Shown here one piece after another: positions 19,482 through 27,150 of a stretch of DNA of 62,844 nt. The DNA is from an uncultured Ectothiorhodospiraceae bacterium (GTDB lineage Bacteria; Pseudomonadota; Gammaproteobacteria; SZUA-152). The stretch covers positions 1 through 62,844 of the forward strand of contig CAZXZI010000002.1 of NCBI GenBank assembly GCA_964645165.1, given 5' to 3'. Each line of letters opens with the position of its first letter. Position 1 is the stretch's first letter. Position numbers and translations under genes: made by a program. The notes beneath the pieces were generated by a model. That model had not been told where the DNA came from. It made no database searches and saw nothing but the letters and a program-made list of their open reading frames with translations.

Positions 19482-19593
19482 TAATATTAAATATCATTAT
19501 TAGTTCTACTCATGTATTTGCTCGCTGCACCCTGCTTTGTGTGCTTGCTTGCCATCATCGGTATTGGTCGACGAGATGTTCACGGAATGACAA

Positions 19594-20484
19594 TTGATTA
19601 AACAGTCACTGCTAAAAACAACCTTGCTTACTGGCCTGGCGTTAATTGCATTCGCTGCCAATTCGGTGCTTTGTCGGTTGGCTCTGGGAAGTGGCGTGAT
19701 TGATGCGGCGAGCTTCACGGTGATCCGTTTGTTGTCTGGCGCGATTGTTCTTTTGCTAGTTATCAGCGCTGGCCGAAGTCGGAAGGATTCAAAGGCCACG
19801 ACAAAAGGGAGTTGGGTCGCCAGCTTTATGTTGTTTCTTTACGCTGCCACATTTTCTTATGCCTATATCCCGTTAGATACCGGTACCGGCGCACTTGTCC
19901 TTTTTGGTGCTGTGCAGATAACGATGATTCTGCTATCCATTATTTCCGGAGTCCGCTTGCATGTTATTGAATGGGTCGGGATGGTTGTCGCTTTTACGGG
20001 GCTTGTTTATCTCGTTTTGCCCGGGCTTACGACACCGTCATTGAGCGGATTTTTATTGATGGCGGTTGCTGGAGTGGCGTGGGGTATTTATACCCTGAAA
20101 GGTCGTGGTTCGAAGAATCCTCTGATGGACACGGCCTGTAATTTTTTACGGACAATACCGTTTGCTTTTCTGTTAGCCATCGTCACCATGCGCGGCGCAC
20201 ATTATTCTTTCGATGGAATTATTCTGGCCTTGTTATCCGGCGGCCTTACGTCGGGGCTTGGTTACACCATCTGGTATGTCGCGCTTGGCGGCCTCTCTTC
20301 GACACAGGCGGCGGTACTGCAACTATCGGTGCCGGTCATTGCTGCGCTGGGAGGTGTTGTCTTCGTGTCTGAATCCATCACCCTTCGTCTTGCCGTCTCA
20401 ACCGTTATTGTTCTTGGTGGGATTCTGATGGTCGTTGTCGGTCGATATTATTTTTCTCGAGTGGGGTCTGCTGGAAAAGCATAA
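19594..20484 (+). CDS. DMT superfamily (EamA-like) transporter
   Basis: Ten hydrophobic segments show two-fold EamA repeat character. Only a TTG start is available at 19594. Confidence 0.8.
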   Translation: MIKQSLLKTTLLTGLALIAFAANSVLCRLALGSGVIDAASFTVIRLLSGAIVLLLVISAGRSRKDSKATTKGSWVASFMLFLYAATFSYAYIPLDTGTGALVLFGAVQITMILLSIISGVRLHVIEWVGMVVAFTGLVYLVLPGLTTPSLSGFLLMAVAGVAWGIYTLKGRGSKNPLMDTACNFLRTIPFAFLLAIVTMRGAHYSFDGIILALLSGGLTSGLGYTIWYVALGGLSSTQAAVLQLSVPVIAALGGVVFVSESITLRLAVSTVIVLGGILMVVVGRYYFSRVGSAGKA

Positions 20485-20568
20485 CTATAAATTGCGTGTT
20501 GAGCGGATTGCGGGTGTTGTGTTGTTAGCTTATGGTTTGGAGTCGCTGTTCAGGGAGGTGTTTGGCTA

Positions 20569-20967
20569 ATGGAGATGGAATGTCACAGAAATATTAACGC
20601 GCTGCACGGTTTTATCGAGCGTTGGCTGAAGGGGTCGATAGAAAAAACCCGGCGGGATTATCAGTATTTCTCAGATGCGCTTGATGAGGATTTTATCATC
20701 ATCCACCCGAGTGGTGAGCAGCAGGACAGGCCAGGTATCGTCAACGATTTGTGGCATGCGCATGGTACCAAATCGGAAAATTTCACCATTGAAATTCGAG
20801 AAGTGCAGTTTCGTTCTGCATCAGAAAATATTTGCATCATGACCTATGAAGAATGGCAGACGGGAGCTGAAGTGTCGGTACGCATCAGCACGGTGGTTTT
20901 TCAAAAGTCAGAACATAGCGGTAAGTATGGCTGGTTACATTTACATGAAACCTGGCACCGTACCTGA
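20569..20967 (+). CDS. NTF2-like (DUF4440/SnoaL-like) small protein
   Basis: Size and pattern fit the family (L..FIERWLKG....F.....D.DF..IHPSG). This is a weak, motif-level call. Confidence 0.5.
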   Translation: MEMECHRNINALHGFIERWLKGSIEKTRRDYQYFSDALDEDFIIIHPSGEQQDRPGIVNDLWHAHGTKSENFTIEIREVQFRSASENICIMTYEEWQTGAEVSVRISTVVFQKSEHSGKYGWLHLHETWHRT

Positions 20968-20991
20968 ATTCACAGCTGGGACATCAATATT

Positions 20992-21897
20992 ATGTATCTC
21001 GAACTTCGACACCTGCGCAGCCTGCTGGCCATTCAGCAGGCGGGGAATCTGGCTCGTGCCGCCGAGTCGCTGCATGTCAGCCAGTCGGCGTTGTCGCATC
21101 AGATAAAAGCACTGGAACACTACTTCGAGTTAGCCCTGTTTCTGCGCAACACCAAGCCGCTACGACTCACCCCGGCGGGGCAGAGTCTGGTGGCGCTGGC
21201 ACAACAGGTGTTGCCCATGGTGAGCAATGCCGAGGCCGAGCTGCATCGCGCCGCGCAGGGAGAGGTGGGTCGGCTGCACATTGCCATCGAATGCCACGCC
21301 TGCTTTGAATGGCTGATGCCGGTGCTGGATTCTTACCGCGAAAAGTGGCCGCAGATTGAAGTGGATATCTGCGTGGGTGTGAGTTTTGATCCCATCCCCG
21401 CACTGCAAAAGGGCGAGATTGATCTGGTGATCAGTTCCGATCCGCTGAATCTGCCGGACGTGGTGTTCGAGCCGTTATTTGATTACGAGGCGCTGTTGGT
21501 GCTGGCGCCGGATCACCCGCTGGCAAAGAAAAAATTTATCGTCGCCGATGATCTAAGCAATGAGACGTTGATCACCTACCCGGTGAAGCGCCAGCGCTTG
21601 GACGTGTTCACTCACTTTTTGCAGCCCGCAGGAATTGAGCCTGCGGCGGTGCGCCAGGCCGACCTCACCGCGGTGATTTTGTTGCTGGTGGCTAGTCAGC
21701 GCGGTGTTGCCGTATTGCCGGACTGGGTGCTGCGTGAAGCAGCGCGAAAATCTAGTTTGACTCAACGCCCGCTGACCAAAAAAGGCATGCACGGCACCCT
21801 GCACGCGGCGGTGCGACGGGGTGAAAACGAAGTGGCGTTTGTGCGGGATTTTATTGCGTTGGCGCGGGGGGTGGATGTTTCTGATTCCGAGTTGTAA
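20992..21897 (+). CDS. metR: LysR-family transcriptional activator MetR
   Basis: The protein is colinear with E. coli MetR: LHVSQSALSHQIKALE, RLHIAIECHACFEWLMP, WPQIEVD, LITYPVKRQRLDVFTHFLQPAG and LYAAV-like HAAVRRGE. Confidence 0.9.
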   Translation: MYLELRHLRSLLAIQQAGNLARAAESLHVSQSALSHQIKALEHYFELALFLRNTKPLRLTPAGQSLVALAQQVLPMVSNAEAELHRAAQGEVGRLHIAIECHACFEWLMPVLDSYREKWPQIEVDICVGVSFDPIPALQKGEIDLVISSDPLNLPDVVFEPLFDYEALLVLAPDHPLAKKKFIVADDLSNETLITYPVKRQRLDVFTHFLQPAGIEPAAVRQADLTAVILLLVASQRGVAVLPDWVLREAARKSSLTQRPLTKKGMHGTLHAAVRRGENEVAFVRDFIALARGVDVSDSEL

Positions 21898-21908
21898 ACG
21901 CGGAGGGC

Positions 21909-22338
21909 GCAGAGGTGCAGAGAAAGGCTTTTTGAGTTTCGCCGCGTGGGGGTGAATCATTCGGGGCAACCTGAGTGGTGAGAGTATCTTCATAAAACGG
22001 ACTCAACCAGCCCGTCATCCCGGCGCAGGCCGGGATCCAGAATGGCGGGTTAACCGGCTGGGTTTTCGTTTTTACTCCGATGAAGAAATACGTGTTTGCC
22101 TCAAAACCAAAGGTCAGCAGAAATTGTTAAGTCTCTGGATCCCGGCCTCGGCAACTGCTCCTGTGTCGCCTAAAAGCGCCTACTGTTGGTGCTCTACCTC
22201 CTGCATCCATGCAGTCGTGCGCCGGGATGACGGATTGGCTGGGCCTTTCTTGAAAGACACTCCTTTCCGCGAAAGTTATCACCCGATTTGCTGTATCCAA
22301 CGCGGCAGGCTCCCCAAAGCCTTTCTCTGCACCTCTGC
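21909..22338. repeat. 430-bp MITE-like composite element with perfect 23-bp terminal inverted repeats
   Basis: gcagaggtgcagagaaaggcttt at 21909-21931 is the exact reverse complement of 22316-22338. Each arm carries an inverted family-A REP unit (22014-22040 and 22135-22232). Confidence 0.7.
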
Positions 22339-22483
22339 GTGCTCTGCGTTAAATACTCAAGCCCCCAAACAACCTCCAAAGTTTTTCCGACAGCCGCTTG
22401 TCATCTTTCAGCCGATTCGCTATCTTGTGCCCACGCTTCATCGTAAGTACTAGATATTGTGGTATTTGATTAAAAGACCCGCA

Positions 22484-22600
22484 ATCCAGTGTTTGCAGAT
22501 ACATTAAAACAGGGGAACCCGGTGTGATTCCGGGACTGTCGCGCAACGGTGTGGGGGACGATTTTTATTGGTGTCCCCCGAGTCCGAATACCTGTTGAAG
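22484..22600 (+). promoter_or_regulatory. Cobalamin riboswitch aptamer (short-P6 type) in the nrdAB leader
   Basis: AGGGGAACCCGGTGTGATTCCGGGACTGTCGCGCAACGGTGT, a GGGGGACG...GTCCCCC hairpin and GAGTCCGAATACCTG align with the E. coli btuB core (AGGGAATCCAGTGCGAATCTGGAGCTGACGCGCAGCGGTAAGG ... AAGCCCGAAGACCTGCC). Confidence 0.8.
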
Positions 22601-22759
22601 CGGAAATTTCTCGCATTCTCGATGCGAGGATTTCTTCACCGGGTCTCGCGTCAAGGCCGTCGGTGGAAGACCGCTACCCGGCCGCGTATTCGCCCCGTAG
22701 CATTCTCTTCCCCGCACCCCGTGACCCCGTTACATCATCAGGCAGCACGAGGGGGGAGC

Positions 22760-25651
22760 ATGCACACCACTACCGAGATACCGGACGCCAGCGTTCCGGG
22801 TATTACCGAAATCAATCTGGCCGCCGACACCCTGTCGAGCATCAACGCCGGTCTGTCCACCTATGCCGAGCAGGGCGTGGACACCCGTCAGTACGAGGTT
22901 ATCCGTCGTAACGGCAAGCTGACCCGCTTCGACGCCAGCAAAATCAGCGTCGCCCTCACCAAGGCCTTTCTCGCCGTGGAAGGTGGGCAGGCCGCCGCGT
23001 CGACGCGCATTCACGAAACCGTGCGTGATCTCAGTGCCCAGGTGCTGGACGCCCTGTTCCGTCGCCTGCCCGATGGCGGCACCGTGCACATCGAAGACAT
23101 TCAGGATCAGGTGGAGCTGGCGCTGATGCGCAATGGCCATCACAAAATCGCCCGCGCCTATGTGCTGTATCGCGAGCAGCACGCGCGTCAGCGAAAGGAA
23201 AAACAGGGGGCGGAAGCACAACCGACAATGCCGCAGATGCAGGTCAGGCTCGCCGATGGCGGTCTGCACCCGCTGGATCAGTCGCGTCTGCACACCCTGA
23301 TTGCCGAGGCCTGCTCCGGGCTGGACAACGTCGATGCCGGACGCGTGTTCGAAGGCGCGTTGCGCAACCTGTTCGACGGCATCAAACAAAGTGACGTGGG
23401 TCAGGGGCTGACCATGAGCGCCCGTGGCCTCATCGATCAGGAACCCAATTATTCACAGGTGGCGGCGCGCCTGCTGCTGGCTGATTTGCGCGGCGAGGCA
23501 TTGGCCTTTTTGCAAACAGACGATGACGTAACCGACAGCGGTATTCTCAGCAGTGAAGAAATGAGCGCACGCTATCCCGTGTATTTTTTTCAATACATTC
23601 ACCGTGCCGCCCAACTGGAATTGTTAGCCCCGGAGCTGACCCGTTACGATCTGCAAAAACTGGGGCAGGCGTTGAAACCGGAACGCGACCAGCAATTCGC
23701 CTACCTCGGCCTGCAAACCCTGTACGACCGCTATTTTATTCATTCCGCTGAGGGTCAGCGCTTCGAACTGCCGCAGGCCTTTTTCATGCGTGTGGCCATG
23801 GGCCTGGCCATCAACGAAATCGATCGCGAAAACCGCGCCATCGAATTTTATAACCTGCTCTCCAGTTTTGATTTCATGAGCAGCACGCCGACGCTGTTCA
23901 ACTCCGGCACGCTACGTCCGCAACTATCGTCCTGTTATCTCACCACCGTGCCGGACGATCTCGGCGGCATTTACGGCGCGATGAAAGACAACGCGCTGCT
24001 GTCAAAATTTGCCGGTGGGCTGGGTAACGACTGGAGCCGGGTACGCGGACTGGGTTCGCACATCAAGGGCACCAACGGCAGTTCCCAGGGTGTGGTGCCG
24101 TTTTTGAAAGTGGCCAACGACACCGCGGTGGCGGTGAATCAGGGCGGCAAACGCAAGGGCGCGGTGTGTGCGTATCTGGAAACCTGGCACATTGACGTGG
24201 AAGAATTTCTGGAGCTGCGCAAAAACACCGGCGACGAACGCCGCCGCACCCACGACATGAACACCGCCAATTGGATTCCCGATCTGTTCATGGAACGCGT
24301 CGCGGAAGAAGCGCAGTGGACGTTGTTTTCGCCGGAGGAAACCCCCGAGCTGCACGAACTCACTGGCCAGGCCTTTCGTGAAAAGTATGAAGACTACGAG
24401 GCGCGTGCCGAGGCTGGTGAGCTGAAAAATTTCAAAACCGTGGATGCCATCACCCTGTGGCGCAAACTGCTGGGCATGGTGTTTGAGACCGGCCACCCGT
24501 GGATTACCTTCAAAGACCCGTGCAACCTGCGTTACACCAACCAGCATCGCGGCGTGGTGCATTCCTCCAACCTGTGCACTGAGATTACTTTGCACACCAA
24601 CGATGACGAGATCGCTGTGTGCAATCTGGGTTCGGTGAATCTCGCCGCGCACATCGACGGAAATGGCCTGAACCTGGAGCGGCTGGAAAAGACCATTCGC
24701 ACCGCCATGCGTATGCTGGATAACGTCATCGACTACAACTACTACTCGGTGCCGCAGGCGCGTCACTCCAATCTTCGTCACCGTCCGGTGGGACTGGGCA
24801 TCATGGGTTTTCAGGATGCGTTGCACAAACAGAATCTGGCCTATGCCTCGGAAGCGGCGGTGGAATTCGCTGATCGTTCCATGGAGGCGGTGTCGTATTT
24901 TGCGATTCAATCATCGGTGGAGCTGGCCGACGAACGCGGTTGTTATTCCACGTTTGACGGTTCGTTGTGGAGCCGTGGAATCCTACCCATTGATTCCATT
25001 GGCTTGGTCAAAGAAGGTCGTGGCAAGTATCTGCAAATGGATGAAAGCAAAACGCTGGACTGGGATTCCCTGCGCGAGCGGGTCAAAACCATCGGCATGC
25101 GTAACAGTAATTGTCTGGCCATCGCGCCCACTGCCACCATTTCCAATATCTGCGGCGTGTCGCAGTCCATCGAACCTACTTATCAAAATCTGTTTGTAAA
25201 ATCGAACCTGTCCGGCGAGTTCACCGTGGTCAACGCTCAGCTTGTGCATGAACTGAAGGCGTTGGGCCTGTGGGATGAAGTGATGGTCAACGATCTGAAA
25301 TATTTTGACGGCTCGGTGCAAAGTATTGACCGTATTCCGCCGGAGTTGAAACAAAAATATGCCACCGCGTTTGAGATTGATTCGCGCTGGTTAATTGAAG
25401 CCGGTTCACGTCGGCAGAAGTGGATCGACCAGGCGCAGTCACTGAATCTTTATCTGGCTGAGCCCAGTGGTGCCAAGCTGGATAGTTTGTACAAACTGGC
25501 CTGGGTGCGCGGACTCAAAACCACCTACTACCTGCGCACCTTGGGCGCGACGCATGCAGAGAAAAGTACCTCGGGGCAGGAGGCTGTAACCGTGGAGGAG
25601 GCACCGAAGGTGTGTTCCATCCTCGATCCGGATTGTGAGGCGTGTCAGTAG
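22760..25651 (+). CDS. nrdA: Ribonucleoside-diphosphate reductase alpha subunit (class Ia, long form, 963 aa)
   Basis: GAGGGGGGAG precedes the ATG at 22760. An ATP-cone region is followed by SSCYL, NLCTEI, the C-terminal tail YYLR and a CxxC end. Confidence 0.95.
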   Translation: MHTTTEIPDASVPGITEINLAADTLSSINAGLSTYAEQGVDTRQYEVIRRNGKLTRFDASKISVALTKAFLAVEGGQAAASTRIHETVRDLSAQVLDALFRRLPDGGTVHIEDIQDQVELALMRNGHHKIARAYVLYREQHARQRKEKQGAEAQPTMPQMQVRLADGGLHPLDQSRLHTLIAEACSGLDNVDAGRVFEGALRNLFDGIKQSDVGQGLTMSARGLIDQEPNYSQVAARLLLADLRGEALAFLQTDDDVTDSGILSSEEMSARYPVYFFQYIHRAAQLELLAPELTRYDLQKLGQALKPERDQQFAYLGLQTLYDRYFIHSAEGQRFELPQAFFMRVAMGLAINEIDRENRAIEFYNLLSSFDFMSSTPTLFNSGTLRPQLSSCYLTTVPDDLGGIYGAMKDNALLSKFAGGLGNDWSRVRGLGSHIKGTNGSSQGVVPFLKVANDTAVAVNQGGKRKGAVCAYLETWHIDVEEFLELRKNTGDERRRTHDMNTANWIPDLFMERVAEEAQWTLFSPEETPELHELTGQAFREKYEDYEARAEAGELKNFKTVDAITLWRKLLGMVFETGHPWITFKDPCNLRYTNQHRGVVHSSNLCTEITLHTNDDEIAVCNLGSVNLAAHIDGNGLNLERLEKTIRTAMRMLDNVIDYNYYSVPQARHSNLRHRPVGLGIMGFQDALHKQNLAYASEAAVEFADRSMEAVSYFAIQSSVELADERGCYSTFDGSLWSRGILPIDSIGLVKEGRGKYLQMDESKTLDWDSLRERVKTIGMRNSNCLAIAPTATISNICGVSQSIEPTYQNLFVKSNLSGEFTVVNAQLVHELKALGLWDEVMVNDLKYFDGSVQSIDRIPPELKQKYATAFEIDSRWLIEAGSRRQKWIDQAQSLNLYLAEPSGAKLDSLYKLAWVRGLKTTYYLRTLGATHAEKSTSGQEAVTVEEAPKVCSILDPDCEACQ

Positions 25652-25657
25652 TGAGTA

Positions 25658-25762
25658 ACCCCCTCTCCCCTTGGGGGGAGAGGGCTGGGGTGAGGGGGGA
25701 TGGCTCCGAGGCTGATTCATGAACCCTCACCCCAACCCTCTCCCAGTTTTGGGAGAGGGAGA
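25658..25762. repeat. Two inverted family-B REP-like copies in the nrdA-nrdB spacer
   Basis: aaccccctctccccttggggggagagggctggggtgagggg is followed by gaaccctcaccccaaccctctcccagttttgggagaggg. The two copies are in inverse orientation. Confidence 0.8.
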
Positions 25763-25807
25763 AAAAGCCTCGAACAAATAACAGTAAATAGCCATCGGAG
25801 AAAAACC

Positions 25808-26974
25808 ATGCTCGACTGGGACGACCCATTGGGACAAAACGCCCAAACCACAACCGACACAAGCCCACCCAACCCGGCGCTGGTGGAACAGGCGCTGGCG
25901 ACTTTCGCACAGGAGGAGCCGGTGCAAACAGAGGTGGTGCACACACCGCTGGAGAACGCGTCGCCCAACGGCGTCGCCCCCGTGCGCGCCGACGACAAGC
26001 GCGTGGTCAACGGCCTCACCGACATCAATCAACTGGCACCGTTCAAATACCCCTGGGCGTGGAATTATTTCCTCAACGCTAACAAGAATCACTGGACGCC
26101 GCTGGATATCAACATGTCGCAGGACATCCACGACTACCACCACAAGCTGTCCGACACCGAGCGTCACGTGTACGAAAACGTATTGTCGTATTTAACCACC
26201 TCGGACATCCTCGCCATGCGCAACATCGGCCTGGCAGTGATGGAAAAGATGAGCGCGCCGGAGTTACAAATTTATCAGGCACGACAGGTCTACGAAGAGG
26301 CTCTGCACACCTGGACCTACCAACATTGCATCGAGACTATCGGTCTGGATCAGGGTGAAATTTATAATCGTTATCGCGTGGTGCCGGAGATTAACCAGAA
26401 AATCCAGATGGCCAATCGCCGCCTCAACGCGGTATTGCGTGCGGATATTGATTTGCATCAACGTGACGATCTGGAAACCTTCGTGCTGTCGTATTTATTC
26501 TTTGGCGCGGTGTTCGAAGGCTGTTGGTTTTACAACGGCTTCAGTCCCATCTTCGCCCTGCAGCGTCGCGGCCTGATGAAGGGCACCGCCGAGCAGTTGC
26601 AATACATCATGCGCGACGAAGTGATGCATTGCGGCTTCGGTATTCGCGTGGTGAAACAGATCATCGCCGAAAACAATGTGCAGCTCGACCCTGCTGCGTT
26701 GCGTGAAATGTGGGACGAGGCCGAGGCCTGCGAGGCAGCCTACAGTGGCTATGTGTTGCGCGCCCCCATTCTGGGCTACAGCGCTGATGAACACATGGAG
26801 CAGTTCCGCTACATTGCAAACCGCCGCGCCCGCCAGCTGAACATCGAAGAACCCTTCCCCGGTGCGCAGTGTGCGCTGCAGTGGCTGGATGAGCAGGCCA
26901 ACATCCGCAAGGAGAAGAACTTCTTCGAGACCCGGGTGACGGAGTATCAGACCGGTGGGGCATTGAGCTGGTAG
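25808..26974 (+). CDS. nrdB: Ribonucleoside-diphosphate reductase beta subunit (class Ia)
   Basis: The di-iron ligand context (EEALHTWTY, FFGAVFEGCWFYNGF, MRDEVMH) is present. Start at the ATG at 25808 (MLDWDDP). Confidence 0.93.
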   Translation: MLDWDDPLGQNAQTTTDTSPPNPALVEQALATFAQEEPVQTEVVHTPLENASPNGVAPVRADDKRVVNGLTDINQLAPFKYPWAWNYFLNANKNHWTPLDINMSQDIHDYHHKLSDTERHVYENVLSYLTTSDILAMRNIGLAVMEKMSAPELQIYQARQVYEEALHTWTYQHCIETIGLDQGEIYNRYRVVPEINQKIQMANRRLNAVLRADIDLHQRDDLETFVLSYLFFGAVFEGCWFYNGFSPIFALQRRGLMKGTAEQLQYIMRDEVMHCGFGIRVVKQIIAENNVQLDPAALREMWDEAEACEAAYSGYVLRAPILGYSADEHMEQFRYIANRRARQLNIEEPFPGAQCALQWLDEQANIRKEKNFFETRVTEYQTGGALSW

Positions 26975-26980
26975 TCAATA

Positions 26981-27050
26981 GGGTGGGTAGGCATTTCATG
27001 CCCACGAAAAATGCGCGTTCATCGTGTGGGTACACAAAACGTACCCACCC
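26981..27050. repeat. REP-like hairpins (gggtgggta / tacccaccc type) downstream of nrdB, a possible terminator
   Basis: One hairpin is gtgggtac-acaaaac-gtacccac. A preceding one is gtgggtaggcatttcatgcccac. Confidence 0.6.
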
Positions 27051-27150
27051 TGCAATTCTCAGCAGGTGCGGATTGGGCATGTTCGCGGAGGGCGTGACAG
27101 GGTAGAATTGACCCCAATGGTTCACCTGCTGTAGGTTCAAAACGTCCCCC

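Noticed and set aside
19335-19593. An expected cobalamin riboswitch upstream of metE.
   Set aside because: None of the conserved aptamer blocks (GGGAA..GGTG, CCCGCAAC.GT, GCCACTG, B12 box) is present on the metE strand.
22446-22470. A possible NrdR box (tactagatattgtggt) upstream of the nrd leader.
   Set aside because: Only one half resembles the NrdR palindrome. I could not find the expected second box at a spacing of about 31-32 bp. The evidence is too weak to call without a position-weight-matrix scan.
22568-22759. The N-terminal 64-aa extension of the nrdA ORF in the track.
   Set aside because: The extension overlaps the cobalamin riboswitch and its expression platform. A strong RBS and the conserved NrdA N-terminus begin at the ATG at 22760.
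25439-25946. Minus-strand ORFs (93 and 143 aa) and the 5' extension of nrdB, which encode PLSP.GGEG/GEGWGEG-like peptides.
   Set aside because: These are translations of family-B REP-like repeats. They are classic artefactual ORFs with no start context.
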